The position numbers and the translations under genes were made by a program. A stretch of DNA of 64,000 nucleotides from the IMG/VR virus record IMGVR_UViG_3300042558_003703; one strand, written 5' to 3'. The stretch is from an uncultured virus (IMG/VR IMGVR_UViG_3300042558_003703). Its lineage: Duplodnaviria > Heunggongvirae > Uroviricota > Caudoviricetes. Below the pieces are notes generated by a model that saw only the letters and a list, made by a program, of their open reading frames with translations, did no database searches and was not told where the DNA came from. Positions within the stretch are counted from its first letter, which is position 1. Each line of letters starts with the position of its first letter. This document shows positions 1 to 10,465 of the stretch, piece by piece.

Positions 1-3000
1 TCCTTGTGGGCCTTGTGGTCCTTGTGGTCCAGTTGCACCAGTAGATCCAATGGGTCCGATAGGTCCTTGTGGTCCTTGTGGTCCAGTTGCACCAGTAGAT
101 CCAATGGGTCCTTGTGGGCCTTGTGGTCCAGTTGCACCAGTAGATCCAATGGGTCCTTGTGGGCCTTGTGGTCCTTGTGGTCCTTGTGGTCCAGTTGCAC
201 CAGTAGATCCAATGGGTCCTTGTGGGCCTTGTGGTCCTTGTGGTCCAGTTGCACCAGTAGATCCAATGGGTCCTTGTGGGCCTTGTGGTCCTTGTGGTCC
301 AGTTGCACCAGTAGATCCAATGGGTCCTTGTGGGCCTTGTGGTCCAGTTGCACCAGTAGATCCAATGGGTCCTTGTGGGCCTTGTGGTCCTTGTGGTCCA
401 GTTGCACCAGTAGATCCAATGGGTCCGATAGGTCCTTGTGGTCCTTGTGGTCCAGTTGCACCAGTAGATCCAATGGGTCCTTGTGGGCCTTGTGGTCCTT
501 GTGGTCCAGTTGCACCAGTAGATCCAATGGGTCCGATAGGTCCTTGTGGTCCTTGTGGTCCAGTTGCACCAGTAGATCCAATGGGTCCTTGTGGTCCTTG
601 TGGGCCTTGTGGTCCTGTGACACCAATGGGTCCGATGGGTCCTTGTGGTCCTTGTGGTCCAGTTACACCAGTTGCTCCCGTGGGTCCTTGTGGTCCACCT
701 GCTAATAGGTTAGTGCCTACTCCTGCGGCTGCTTCTGTTATATCAATATATGCACCACGTACAGTACCGCCTTGCTCAAAAATTCTTATCTTATTTTGAT
801 AAGCATCTATAGTGATACCAGTTCCAGTGTATGTTGAATTTGCAGCAGGTTTTGCTAATAGTATTTCTCCACCTTCGTCACCTACACTGTTGCTCACTAT
901 AATCTGGGGTACTGTTAAAATAGTAGTTCCGTCGAAAGTGAAGTTAGCAGAGCCTGCTGGATTATTAGATCCATCTTTATAAACAACTTGATTGGCAGAT
1001 CCAGCTACTGGTCCTGTGGGTCCTTGTGGTCCAGTTGCACCAGTAGATCCAATGGGTCCTTGTGGTCCAGTTGCACCAGTAGATCCAATGGGTCCTTGTG
1101 GTCCTTGTGGTCCTTGTGGTCCAGTTGCACCAGTAGATCCGATAGGTCCTTGTGGTCCTTGTGGGCCTTGTGGTCCAGTTGCACCAGTAGATCCTGTGGG
1201 TCCTTGTGGTCCTTGTGGTCCTTGTGGGCCTTGTGGTCCAGTTGCACCCGTTGATCCGATAGGTCCTTGTGGTCCAGTTGCACCAGTAGATCCTGTGGGT
1301 CCTTGTGGTCCTTGTGGTCCTTGTGGTCCTTGTGGTCCAGTTGCACCAGTAGATCCTGTGGGTCCTGTGGGTCCTTGTGGTCCTTGTGGTCCAGTTGATC
1401 CAGTTAATCCTGTTGCGCCTTGCAAACCAGTGGCAATCAGCACCAAAATTATAGGAAGATCGTTGGCAAAGTTGGTAGTACCAGTTCCGCCAGAATCAAG
1501 CAGCGTTACCGGTACCTCTACATATCCAGTTTGCAAAGTAGGAGTGCCGTTGACTTCCCATTTTTGGAAGTTGTCACTCAATGCAGCATCCTGTATGATC
1601 ATGACGTCTTTGTTTTTCAACAAAGCCAAAAATACATCAATATCAATACCGTCAGCATCAATATGGCTTATGTTGATGCGAGTCGCATCAACTTGAGTAG
1701 CAGTACTCCAGATAATATCGCTATTGCCGGGATCACCGCTTGTGATACTGGTGTCTACCAAATAATTGTAATAGCCGGCACTTCCGCCGTCTTGACCAGC
1801 AGGGCCTTGTGGGCCTTGCGGACCGGTAGTACCTGTTAAGCCAGTTGCACCTGTGGCACCAATAGGTCCTTGTGGTCCTTGTGGTCCAGTTGTGCCTGTT
1901 AATCCAGTTGCACCTGTAGAACCTATTTCGCCTTGTATACCTGATGCACCAGTTGCTCCGATAGGTCCTTGTGGGCCTTGTGGGCCTTGTGGTCCAGTTG
2001 TGCCTGTTAATCCAGTTGCACCCGTTGATCCGATTTCGCCTTGTATACCTGATGCACCAGTTGCTCCGATAGGTCCTTGTGGGCCTTGTGGTCCAGTTGT
2101 ACCTACAAGGCCAGTCGCACCTGTAGAACCTATTTCGCCTTGAATACCTGACGCACCTGTGGCTCCGATTTCGCCTTGTGGTCCTTGTGGTCCAGTTGTG
2201 CCTGTTAAGCCAGTCGCACCTGTAGAACCTATTTCACCCTGTATGCCGCTAGCACCAGTTGCTCCAATTTCACCCTGTATGCCTGACGCACCAGTTGCAC
2301 CTGTAGGTCCCTGTGGTCCTTGTGGGCCTTGTGGTCCAGTTGTGCCTGTTAAGCCAGTTGCACCTGTAGAACCAATTTCACCCTGTATGCCGCTAGCACC
2401 TGTTGCTCCGATAGGGCCTTGTGGTCCTTGTGGTCCTGTAGTACCTACGAGGCCAGTTGCACCTGTAGAACCTATTTCGCCTTGAATACCTGACGCACCA
2501 GTTGCTCCCGTAGGTCCTTGTGGTCCTGTAGCACCATCTAATCCTGTAGCACCTGTTGCACCAATTTCGCCTTGTGTGCCACCAGCACCAGTAGCACCTG
2601 TGGGTCCTTGTGGGCCAGTTGCTCCATCAAGTCCTGTGGCTCCAATTTCGCCTTGTATACCTGACGCACCAGTTGCTCCGATTTCGCCTTGTATGCCTGA
2701 CGCACCTGTGGCTCCAATTTCGCCTTGTATACCTGACGCACCAGTTGCTCCGATTTCGCCCTGTATGCCTGACGCACCAGTTGCTCCAATTTCACCCTGT
2801 ATGCCACTTGCACCAGTTGCTCCAATTTCACCTTGTATGCCTGACGCACCAGTTGCACCTGTAGGTCCCTGTGGTCCTTGTGGGCCTTGTGGTCCAGTTG
2901 TGCCTGTTAAGCCAGTTGCACCTGTAGAACCAATTTCACCCTGTATGCCGCTAGCACCTGTAGCTCCGATTTCGCCCTGAATACCTGACGCACCTGTTGC

Positions 3001-6000
3001 TCCGGTAGGTCCTTGTGGGCCAGTTGTACCTGTTAAGCCACTGGCACCTGTAGCTCCGATTTCGCCCTGAATACCTGACGCACCTGTTGCTCCGGTAGGT
3101 CCTTGTGGCCCTTGTGGTCCAGTTGTACCTGTTAAGCCACTGGCGCCGGTTGCTCCAATTTCACCCTGTATGCCGCTAGCACCTGTTGCACCAATTTCAC
3201 CCGTAGGTCCTTGTGGTCCTTGTGGGCCAGTTGTACCTGTTAAGCCACTGGCACCAGTTGCTCCGATTTCGCCTTGAATACCTGACGCACCTGTTGCACC
3301 AATTTCACCCGTAGGTCCTTGTGGCCCTTGTGGTCCAGTTGTACCTGTTAAGCCACTGGCGCCGGTTGCTCCAATTTCGCCTTGAATACCTGATGCACCT
3401 GTTGCACCCGTAGGTCCTTGTGGTCCAGTTGTACCTGTTAAGCCACTGGCGCCGGTTGCTCCAATTTCGCCTTGTATACCTGACGCACCAGTTGCACCTG
3501 TAGGTCCTTGTGGTCCTTGTGGGCCGGTAGTACCTACAAGTCCACTAGCACCTGTAGCTCCAATTTCGCCCTGAATACCTGACGCACCTGTTGCTCCGAT
3601 AGGTCCTTGTGGTCCTTGTGGTCCAGTAGTACCTACAAGTCCACTAGCACCTGTAGCTCCAATTTCGCCTTGAATACCTGACGCACCAGTTGCTCCATCA
3701 AAACCAGTTGCTCCGACATCGCCTTGTGGTCCAGTTGCTCCATCAAGACCAGTGGCTCCATCAAGTCCCTGGAATCCAGTAGCACCATCGAATCCAGTTG
3801 CACCGTCAAGTCCTTGATCGCCTTGCATGCCTGTTGCACCAGTGGCACCAATCGAGCCTTCTCCTCCACTAGTGCCTGTAGCGCCGATATCACCTTGAGG
3901 TCCAGTAGCACCTACATCGCCTTGTATACCACTAGCACCTGTTGATCCTTGTGGACCTTGTGGCCCTGTAGTACCAGTTAGACCTGACGCACCAGTTGCA
4001 CCCGTAGGCCCTTGTGGTCCTGTAGCACCATCAAGTCCCTGGAATCCAGTTGCACCATTGAATCCAGTTGCACCGTCAATTCCTTGTTCGCCTTGTATAC
4101 CCGATGCACCTGTGGCACCTACATTACCCTGTATTCCGGTGGCTCCGGTTGCACCTTGTACACCTGATGCACCGGTTGCTCCTGGACCTGTAGCGCCATC
4201 AAATCCCTGTGGTCCTTGTGGTCCAGTTGCTCCAGTTGCACCTGCTCCGGTTGCACCGGTTGCTCCCGTGGGTCCTTGTGGTCCTTGTGGTCCCGTTGCT
4301 CCCGTGGGTCCTTGTGGTCCTTGTGGTCCCGTTGCTCCAATGGGTCCTTGTGGTCCTTGTGGGCCTGTTGTACCTGTAAGTCCTGACGCACCGGTTGCTC
4401 CTACATCGCCTTGAATACCTGACGCACCTGTGGCACCTACATTGCCTTGAATACCTGACGCACCAGTTGCTCCTACATCGCCTTGTGGTCCAGTGGCTCC
4501 ATCTACCCCAGTGGCTCCATCCAATCCTGTAGCACCTACATCTCCCTGTGGTCCAGTGGCTCCATCTAAACCAGTTGCACCTACATTGCCTTGAATGCCT
4601 GACGCACCAGTAGCTCCAATGGGTCCTTGTGGCCCTTGTGGCCCTGTTGTACCTGTTAGTCCAGACGCACCTGTGGCACCTACATCGCCTTGAATACCTG
4701 ACGCACCTGTTGCTCCAATGGGTCCTTGTGGCCCTTGTGGCCCTGTTGTACCTGTAAGACCTGATGCACCTGTTGCTCCAATGGGCCCTTGTGGCCCTGT
4801 TGTACCTGTTAGTCCAGACGCACCTGTGGCACCTACATCGCCTTGAATACCTGACGCACCAGTTGATCCTTGTGGCCCTGTTGTACCTGTAAGACCTGAT
4901 GCACCTGTTGCTCCAATGGGTCCTTGTGGCCCTGTTGTACCTGTTAGTCCAGACGCACCTGTGGCACCTACATCGCCTTGAATACCTGACGCACCAGTTG
5001 ATCCTTGTGGCCCTTGTGGGCCAGTGGCTCCGGCTAGTCCGGTTGCTCCAGCTAGTCCAGTTGCTCCGGCTAGTCCAGTTGCTCCAGCATTGCCTTGCAG
5101 GCCAGTTGCTCCGTCAAATCCAGTAGCTCCATCGAGACCAGTTGAGCCAATATCGCCTTGCAGGCCAGTTGCTCCTGTAGGACCTTGGGGTCCTGTAGTA
5201 CCTGTAAGTCCACTAGCACCTGTGGCGCCTGCACCTGTTGCACCTGTTGGTCCCGACGCACCTGTAGCACCTGTGGGTCCTTGTGGTCCTGTGGTACCTG
5301 CAGGTCCGCTGGCACCGGTGGCTCCACCAGGGCCTTGTGGTCCTTGTGGTCCAGTTGCTCCGTCAACAGCAGAAATTCCTGTCAACAGACTGCCGTCGCC
5401 GATATAGTAGTTGGCAGTGATATTGCCTGTTGCAGAAACATTTCCAGATTGGATGTTGCCGGATATGTAGGCGTTGTCCCAAGGATTAGTTATATTACCA
5501 ACGTCGGCACTGGCACCCAATGTTACTATTGGTACAATGTCTCCGGGCATCTCACTAGTACCAGACTCGGTGAATCTCCAAGTTTTAGTTATTCCATTGA
5601 CAACAATAAGTTCGATGTCAATGCCGGTCAAGCTGATTTGAGATTCTACAACACTGTCAGCATCAATGGATTGTATTCTAATGTCGGATCCGGGTGCGCT
5701 GACAAAATCGTCAGTGCCTTGTTCTGGATGACTGTGCCAATATGCACCGCCAGGCCCAGTGAGAAATTGACCCGATATAGTCCATGTGTCAGATCCAGAT
5801 GAAACAGTTAAATTTCCAGCGGCCAGATTGCCAGTATATGTTGGCAAATAATTAGCCACGTTGGCGTTGCCATAGCCTTGGGGCAGCCCAGTCAACTGAC
5901 TACCGTTGCCAACAAAATAATTTGCAGCAATATTCCCAGTGGTAATTACATTACCAGTTAAACTTCTTAAGTTTCCAGTATATGTTGGCAAATAATCAGC

Positions 6001-6399
6001 CACGTTGGCGTTGCCATAGCCTTGGGGCAGCCCGGTCAACTGACTACCGTTGCCAATAAAATAGTCTGCAGATACATTTCCGCTGACATTAAGGCCGCCG
6101 GCTCCGATATAGGCCGAACGATATCTTAGATTAGCTGACCCAAGATCATAGGTGTTTGTTACACGTGGTACCAATTTGCTATTGGTTTGTATTACACCGA
6201 TACCATTGGGACTCAGTATTAGATTTCCGTTGGTATTCACCACTCCAATGGTGTTGTTCAGTATGGTTACGTTGCTACCAACTGGTCCTGTTGCCCAAAT
6301 CTGATCGAAATTGTCGTCAGTTTTTATAAACGCAGTGCGAAGGCTGTCACCTTCGCCGTCGTTTGGGCTTTCACCATAGTTGATTATATTTTGAGCCAT
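1..6399 (-). CDS. Giant collagen-like tail fibre/baseplate-associated protein, >2,130 aa, 3' end outside the window
   Basis: Absent from the ORF track (no stop in window). ATG at 6399 gives [31 protein letters not shown] (T4 gp9/gp10-like N-terminal motif), then Gly-X-Y runs (GPQ, GAT, GST, GAS). I read the globular inserts at ~1430-1790 and ~700-1010 as open; the latter is in frame with 6399. Late TAAATA box upstream. Confidence 0.9.
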   Translation of the reverse strand, partial: MAQNIINYGESPNDGEGDSLRTAFIKTDDNFDQIWATGPVGSNVTILNNTIGVVNTNGNLILSPNGIGVIQTNSKLVPRVTNTYDLGSANLRYRSAYIGAGGLNVSGNVSADYFIGNGSQLTGLPQGYGNANVADYLPTYTGNLRSLTGNVITTGNIAANYFVGNGSQLTGLPQGYGNANVANYLPTYTGNLAAGNLTVSSGSDTWTISGQFLTGPGGAYWHSHPEQGTDDFVSAPGSDIRIQSIDADSVVESQISLTGIDIELIVVNGITKTWRFTESGTSEMPGDIVPIVTLGASADVGNITNPWDNAYISGNIQSGNVSATGNITANYYIGDGSLLTGISAVDGATGPQGPQGPGGATGASGPAGTTGPQGPTGATGASGPTGATGAGATGASGLTGTTGPQGPTGATGLQGDIGSTGLDGATGFDGATGLQGNAGATGLAGATGLAGATGLAGATGPQGPQGSTGASGIQGDVGATGASGLTGTTGPQGPIGATGASGLTGTTGPQGSTGASGIQGDVGATGASGLTGTTGPQGPIGATGASGLTGTTGPQGPQGPIGATGASGIQGDVGATGASGLTGTTGPQGPQGPIGATGASGIQGNVGATGLDGATGPQGDVGATGLDGATGVDGATGPQGDVGATGASGIQGNVGATGASGIQGDVGATGASGLTGTTGPQGPQGPIGATGPQGPQGPTGATGPQGPQGPTGATGATGAGATGATGPQGPQGFDGATGPGATGASGVQGATGATGIQGNVGATGASGIQGEQGIDGATGFNGATGFQGLDGATGPQGPTGATGASGLTGTTGPQGPQGSTGASGIQGDVGATGPQGDIGATGTSGGEGSIGATGATGMQGDQGLDGATGFDGATGFQGLDGATGLDGATGPQGDVGATGFDGATGASGIQGEIGATGASGLVGTTGPQGPQGPIGATGASGIQGEIGATGASGLVGTTGPQGPQGPTGATGASGIQGEIGATGASGLTGTTGPQGPTGATGASGIQGEIGATGASGLTGTTGPQGPQGPTGEIGATGASGIQGEIGATGASGLTGTTGPQGPQGPTGEIGATGASGIQGEIGATGASGLTGTTGPQGPQGPTGATGASGIQGEIGATGASGLTGTTGPQGPTGATGASGIQGEIGATGASGIQGEIGSTGATGLTGTTGPQGPQGPQGPTGATGASGIQGEIGATGASGIQGEIGATGASGIQGEIGATGASGIQGEIGATGASGIQGEIGATGASGIQGEIGATGLDGATGPQGPTGATGAGGTQGEIGATGATGLDGATGPQGPTGATGASGIQGEIGSTGATGLVGTTGPQGPQGPIGATGASGIQGEIGSTGATGLTGTTGPQGPQGPQGPTGATGASGIQGEIGATGASGIQGEIGSTGATGLTGTTGPQGPQGEIGATGASGIQGEIGSTGATGLVGTTGPQGPQGPIGATGASGIQGEIGSTGATGLTGTTGPQGPQGPQGPIGATGASGIQGEIGSTGATGLTGTTGPQGPQGPIGATGATGLTGTTGPQGPQGPAGQDGGSAGYYNYLVDTSITSGDPGNSDIIWSTATQVDATRINISHIDADGIDIDVFLALLKNKDVMIIQDAALSDNFQKWEVNGTPTLQTGYVEVPVTLLDSGGTGTTNFANDLPIILVLIATGLQGATGLTGSTGPQGPQGPTGPTGSTGATGPQGPQGPQGPQGPTGSTGATGPQGPIGSTGATGPQGPQGPQGPQGPTGSTGATGPQGPQGPQGPIGSTGATGPQGPQGPQGPIGSTGATGPQGPIGSTGATGPQGPTGPVAGSANQVVYKDGSNNPAGSANFTFDGTTILTVPQIIVSNSVGDEGGEILLAKPAANSTYTGTGITIDAYQNKIRIFEQGGTVRGAYIDITEAAAGVGTNLLAGGPQGPTGATGVTGPQGPQGPIGPIGVTGPQGPQGPQGPIGSTGATGPQGPQGPIGPIGSTGATGPQGPQGPQGPIGSTGATGPQGPQGPIGPIGSTGATGPQGPQGPQGPIGSTGATGPQGPQGPIGSTGATGPQGPQGPQGPIGSTGATGPQGPQGPQGPIGSTGATGPQGPQGPQGPQGPIGSTGATGPQGPQGPIGSTGATGPQGPQGPIGPIGSTGATGPQGPQGPQG
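5831..6062 (-). repeat. Internal duplication of ~88 bp encoding YF(I/V)[19 protein letters not shown](D/N)YLPTYTG
   Basis: Near-identical copies at ~5831-5918 and ~5975-6062. Confidence 0.85.
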
Positions 6400-6423
6400 G
6401 AACCAGAATCCTTGTTGTCGGTG

Positions 6424-6429
6424 TATTTA
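6424..6429 (-). promoter_or_regulatory. T4-like late promoter core TAAATA
   Basis: Upstream of the fibre gene. The same box precedes other genes (7341, 9667, 26736, 29315, 39952, 49482, 49541, 62880). Confidence 0.6.
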
Positions 6430-6457
6430 CCGAAAATAGATTCTGGCGCACAAATGG

Positions 6458-6784
6458 TTAATTGGGGGAGAAACTGCTCCCGCAACCACATGTTGTGGCC
6501 GCTTGAGGGTTTTTGATGCTGAATGCAGCACCGTATTGATCTTCTTGATAGTCAATTTCGGCACCTTGAAGATAACCGCTGCTCATGCTGTCCATGAGCA
6601 CACGCACACCTCCGAATTTCAGATCAAAATCGTCGTCGTTGACTTCTTCATCCAGGGTAAAGCCGTAGCTCATGCCCGAACACCCACCTCCCTGTACAAA
6701 TACACGCAGTTTAAGTGCTGGATTATTTTCTTCTGCTATTACATCATGCAGTTTGGCAATGGCATTTTCTGTTAAGGTTATCAT
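6458..6784 (-). CDS. erpA: A-type Fe-S carrier protein ErpA/IscA (HesB family)
   Basis: GGGCSGMSY and TCGCGSSF motifs, 108 aa. Confidence 0.92.
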   Translation of the reverse strand: MITLTENAIAKLHDVIAEENNPALKLRVFVQGGGCSGMSYGFTLDEEVNDDDFDLKFGGVRVLMDSMSSGYLQGAEIDYQEDQYGAAFSIKNPQAATTCGCGSSFSPN

Positions 6785-7335
6785 AGTCTCTCGTTACAAA
6801 CGTCCCAGTCAATAATTTTCCAAATATTGTCCAGGTATTTTTCTTTGTCCCATTGGTAATCCAGGGCCCAAACGTGTTCCCACCAATCCACTAACACACA
6901 GATATCAGTGCGTACTTGATGATTTGGGATGGTTTTAATAGTGCCAGCTGTGCTCAAATATACCCAGCCGCTGCCCTGTACAGCCATGGCAGTTTTTTTA
7001 AATTCTTCTCGAAAGTCTTCGTAAGTTTTGAAGTGTTCTTCGATCAAGGCCAACACAGCACCCTTAGGGCGGTTGGCACCTTTTGGGGCACGTAGTTGTG
7101 GGAAGAACTTGTTGTGCAAGAAGCTGCCAGCACGGTTAAAGTTAGCATTGCCTTCGCCAGCATTGTAGCGTTTGGCATAGCCTTTGGCCAGATGCTCGTA
7201 GTGATAATTAATGCTGGCTTTGCTGAGCACAGGATCTAATGCTGTTTCGGCATAGGGCAAAGGAGTGGTTTCCAGCTTGGCTGGACGGGTGCTGGCTTCT
7301 ACTAAATCGATATCTTTGCGAATGGGTCGTAACAT
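6781..7335 (-). CDS. Fe/Mn superoxide dismutase
   Basis: [34 protein letters not shown]; the four metal ligands appear present. Confidence 0.9.
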   Translation of the reverse strand: MLRPIRKDIDLVEASTRPAKLETTPLPYAETALDPVLSKASINYHYEHLAKGYAKRYNAGEGNANFNRAGSFLHNKFFPQLRAPKGANRPKGAVLALIEEHFKTYEDFREEFKKTAMAVQGSGWVYLSTAGTIKTIPNHQVRTDICVLVDWWEHVWALDYQWDKEKYLDNIWKIIDWDVCNERL

Positions 7336-7343
7336 ATAGATAT

Positions 7344-7562
7344 TTATTTTCTTTTTATAATACGTCCACGAGCAAGATCGTACGGAGAGAACTCAATCTC
7401 CACGCGATCTCCTGTTAGTATCTTGATTTTGTTTTGGCGCATGCGGCCAGAAATAACACCAATCACTACAGTTTGTTGTAGGTCTAATTGTACTTTAAAC
7501 ATGGCGTTGGGCAGTAGATCTACCACAACGCCTTCCAGTACGAATCCTGCTTCTTTACCCAA
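7344..7562 (-). CDS. infA: Translation initiation factor IF-1
   Basis: EGVVVDLLPNAMFKV...ISGRMRQNKIKILTGDRVEIEFSPYDLARGRI. Confidence 0.95.
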   Translation of the reverse strand: MGKEAGFVLEGVVVDLLPNAMFKVQLDLQQTVVIGVISGRMRQNKIKILTGDRVEIEFSPYDLARGRIIKRK

Positions 7563-7914
7563 GTTTGTAATCTATCCTTATAAGTCTATCCCATCTGAAA
7601 CTGCGCCATGCACCTGCATTAATGTCCCAAACAGCACACACATCCTCGTTTGGTTTTTTTGTTTTGAGTTCTTTAGCGGCATTTTCTACTACGGGTGTCT
7701 GTGTATACTTAGCACCATGAAGATCACTTAGGGTGCAATTCATAACACGTACGGAACCATCGGCCTTCTTAAACTCAACCAACTGCGGCCCCGAATGTAG
7801 CAACATCTTAATCTCGGACTTGAGAAAATCCAAGTCCTGTCCTGATAAATCAAATGTATGGCAATCGCCACCTTCTCGAAGACGACGCATAATTTGTTCT
7901 TGTTCAAAGTTCAT
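7555..7914 (-). CDS. WYL-like/SH3 beta-barrel phage protein
   Basis: VEFKKADGSVRVMNCT...VWDINAGAWRSFRWD. Confidence 0.7.
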   Translation of the reverse strand: MNFEQEQIMRRLREGGDCHTFDLSGQDLDFLKSEIKMLLHSGPQLVEFKKADGSVRVMNCTLSDLHGAKYTQTPVVENAAKELKTKKPNEDVCAVWDINAGAWRSFRWDRLIRIDYKLG

Positions 7915-8122
7915 ATTCGCTCCATTTCAGTTTAAAAAGTAATAGGTCTTGTGGATTTTGAAAAATAATAGTCATATTTAATAGACCAACATCGGCAAAG
8001 TACCTGTCGCCAGGCAAGCCAAATTGCTCAATAACTTGGGCACAAATTTCATTCCAGTGAAATTTAGAATCAGACGTCCACACAATTCTGGAACGCCAAG
8101 GAAGGTCTTTTTTGTTAGCCAC
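7904..8122 (-). CDS. Small hypothetical protein, FxxxxDxxxFxLxW family
   Basis: C-terminal IIFQNPQDLLLFKLKWS; GTG start inferred. Confidence 0.6.
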   Translation of the reverse strand: MANKKDLPWRSRIVWTSDSKFHWNEICAQVIEQFGLPGDRYFADVGLLNMTIIFQNPQDLLLFKLKWSEYEL

Positions 8123-8492
8123 GGCGCATGGTACTGATCTCAACCGCTTCCTCATCTGAGAAAACAGGTACTGCATTGCTCTTGTGCATAGTACCAATAC
8201 CTTTGACCTTGGTGCCAGTGTAGACTTTGTCGGGTGCTCGTGCTGCTACCCCTAGCCCGGTGTTGAGACTGGGAATGTGATCTGTTGAGCGCGGAATTGA
8301 TATTTTGGGCATCTTGCTGTTGGTAAAAGATTTTGAAAACACAGGCCTCTTGGGTGTATGCGTCTGCTTGAGTTGCTGCCAATCTGCTGCCAACTGCTCG
8401 TGTTGACGTTTGGCTTCTGCAGAAGCAAACTTGGGCTTTGCACGTTTTTTACCAGTGGTACTAAGCCAGGGACCTTCCAAATGCATCGACAC
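8115..8492 (-). CDS. Basic hypothetical phage protein
   Basis: Ends YTGTKVKGIGTMHKSNAVPVFSDEEAVEISTMRR; follows a sigma70 promoter. Confidence 0.7.
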   Translation of the reverse strand: MSMHLEGPWLSTTGKKRAKPKFASAEAKRQHEQLAADWQQLKQTHTPKRPVFSKSFTNSKMPKISIPRSTDHIPSLNTGLGVAARAPDKVYTGTKVKGIGTMHKSNAVPVFSDEEAVEISTMRRG

Positions 8493-8522
8493 AGGTGTGC
8501 TCCTTGTTAGTGATTATACTAC

Positions 8523-8551
8523 ATTATAACAAACAACACATTACCGGTCAA
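8523..8551 (-). promoter_or_regulatory. Sigma70-type early promoter TTGACC-N17-TATAAT
   Basis: -35 at 8551-8546, -10 at 8528-8523. Confidence 0.8.
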
Positions 8552-8880
8552 CCACGATCTAATAGGTCGATCTTGTTGGGCTTACCGTCCCATTCAACAG
8601 CATCGGGCAAGGGTTCTTTCTTTCTTGTAATAATGGACCAAGTCTTGGACAGTTCGGCATTGATAGCCAAAAAATGTCGTTGGTTTTCAGGCAAGTCTTC
8701 TTCGGCAAAGATAGCGCCAGCTGGACATTCGGGAACACACACAGCACAGTCGATACATTCCGAAGGATCGATAATCAAGAAGTTTGGACCTTCCTTGAAA
8801 CAATCTACAAGCTAAGGGCAGACATCAACACAGTCGGTATACTTGCATTTAATACAGTTTTCAGTTACGACGTATGTCAT
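8548..8880 (-). CDS. fdxA: 7Fe ([3Fe-4S]/[4Fe-4S]) ferredoxin interrupted by an in-frame 6-nt insertion TAG-CTT (recoded or pseudogene)
   Basis: [52 protein letters not shown]..., colinear with Azotobacter FdI-type ferredoxins except TAG (8814-8812) and CTT (8811-8809). SD AGGAGG upstream. Confidence 0.88.
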
Positions 8881-9661
8881 TGTCTGCCCTTGCCTCCTTG
8901 TTTAGGATTCCGTCCTTGTGCGGGACATACAAGTGTATGTCTACAAAACTTTTTAAACATTCAGTATAACCTCCAAATCTTTTTTTAGGTTTATATTTTT
9001 CTACAGTAGACAGAATTTTTTGTTCTGCTAATGCTATATTATACATGGTATCGCATACAGTGTCAACAACTTCAAAATCATAATGTGCAATGTATTTTAT
9101 ACGATCTCTGACATCTAATTTGGTAGTAATTCCAATTTTATAAAAATCTTCTGAAGAATTATATAAAAGATATAATGTAGCAGGAATATCTTTTTTATCG
9201 GGGTATCTATCAAAATAAGTGTTTATGAACCAGGGTCTATAATCACCGTGTTTCTTATCACCACATTTTCTACAACCATATCCTTCAAGGTGGCCGCTTG
9301 CGTTTTGATCAAAATCACCGTGTATAGGACAAGTTATTGTTACGCTAGATCGACTGTTGACATAATTTGTTTTGGTGTATGCATAAAAATTATTGTGCAA
9401 TTTTTCAGCTTTAGATATAAACTCATTATTGGTCATCCTTCGACGCAAAACGTAATCAGACCAATTATCTTTACATTGTTGGCAACCGGACCCTGATAAC
9501 AATGTTCGAGCATTTCTTTTAAAGACCCCGTGTAGATTGCAAGTTAGAACTACATTACTTCTTGTATTGATGTAGACTGTATTTGCATAATCATATCGAT
9601 CTTTATAAATTTCTTGGCACCTAGAGACAAATTCGTCCTGCGTTAGTTTTTTTGTAGACAT
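8861..9661 (-). mobile_element. Free-standing homing endonuclease: two Cys/His zinc-binding repeats plus a T5orf172/GIY-YIG-like nuclease domain
   Basis: Repeats YDY..TVY....V.LTC..HG.F.......G.GC..C twice; C-terminal LYLL...FYKIGIT...DRI...EQKI...GYTE. AT-rich, own TAAATA box, overlaps the fdx start. Confidence 0.8.
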
Positions 9662-9696
9662 AAAATTATTTATGCCGGACACACTTTAACGCAGTT

Positions 9697-10086
9697 CTAT
9701 TTTTGTAGAGTTGCCCACATTTTTTGTTTGGCCAACAAGTCTGCTTCTAATTGTCGGTACCGCGCACCGAGCTCACGCAATTCATTCCATTCAGATTCCA
9801 ATGCAGTATTTGGTGTCAATAAGTTGAGTCGTTCCTGTATGCCTTTTAGTGTGTCGTTCAAGCTGACGTTATTGATGACAATATCGGCGCCTTCACCTTT
9901 TAAATCTAAACGTCCGGTTGGAACAGTCGAATCAAATGTGCTGGTGATATTAATAGAGTCCAGGGCGTTTGTAGTATGCCAAACGTATTGGTCGCCTGTT
10001 AATGAATTTGTTGTTATCGAATTGTTTAAGGGCGCAGTACTTGTATACATGCTATCTGCAGAGTTAGAAAATAATGAATTAAACAT
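9697..10086 (-). CDS. Hypothetical protein with C-terminal coiled coil
   Basis: 129-aa ORF coupled to the upstream ORF. Confidence 0.65.
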   Translation of the reverse strand: MFNSLFSNSADSMYTSTAPLNNSITTNSLTGDQYVWHTTNALDSINITSTFDSTVPTGRLDLKGEGADIVINNVSLNDTLKGIQERLNLLTPNTALESEWNELRELGARYRQLEADLLAKQKMWATLQK

Positions 10087-10273
10087 TGGATTTTATGTCC
10101 TTGCTGTCGGCTTTTTTTAGAGTAAATGAGCCGTCGCCGTTGTCGATCCATGTTATTGTATCGCCTGATTTCCAGCCCATGTGCTCGCACAGTTCGTCAC
10201 CCAGGTCCAAAAATATTTCGCCTGGGTGTTCGGGATCCTCTACAAGAGTTCGAACAAAACTGTAATGTGTCAT
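10079..10273 (-). CDS. AbrB/MazE/SpoVT-like small DNA-binding protein
   Basis: GEIFLDLGDELCEHMGWKSGDTITWIDNGDGSFTLKK. Confidence 0.6.
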   Translation of the reverse strand: MTHYSFVRTLVEDPEHPGEIFLDLGDELCEHMGWKSGDTITWIDNGDGSFTLKKADSKDIKSNV

Positions 10274-10465
10274 TTATTTTGCAACAGTCAATGCTTCTTT
10301 TTCAGCAGTGATTTCTTTTCTGCGCTCTTTGACAGCTTTGGAAATTTCCTGCAGGGCCTTACGTGCGCGAGCAGCAGATGCCTTGATACCTTTGGTGGCA
10401 AACTTTTCGTTTTCGGCAAGATAAGTTTCGAAAGCGGCTTTGAGTTGGTCGTGATTTGCTGACAT
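10274..10465 (-). CDS. Histone H1-like protein (Hc1 family)
   Basis: EKFATKGIKASAARARKALQEISKAVKERRKEI; GGAG RBS and TTGACA-N17-TAAAAT promoter (10530-10502). Confidence 0.75.
   Translation of the reverse strand: MSANHDQLKAAFETYLAENEKFATKGIKASAARARKALQEISKAVKERRKEITAEKEALTVAK

Noticed and set aside
1..5370. Repeats as a CRISPR array
   Set aside because: Units are multiples of 9 nt encoding Gly-X-Y, with no unique spacers and no cas operon.
4..5802. Plus-strand [11 protein letters not shown] and WSLWS ORFs, and short minus-strand HKDHKD ORFs
   Set aside because: These are antisense or alternate-frame shadows of the collagen repeats; the real gene is the long minus-strand frame from 6399.
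8812..8814. Genome-wide TAG reassignment (code 15) explaining the fdx stop
   Set aside because: Long conserved genes (nrdA, clpX, ligase) have no internal TAG, several genes end normally at TAG (14689, 29554, 38208), and reassignment would not explain the two extra codons.
8861..9699. Group I intron containing the endonuclease
   Set aside because: Flanks are too short for a ribozyme core and no P7/Q/R/S-like elements are recognisable; treated as free-standing.
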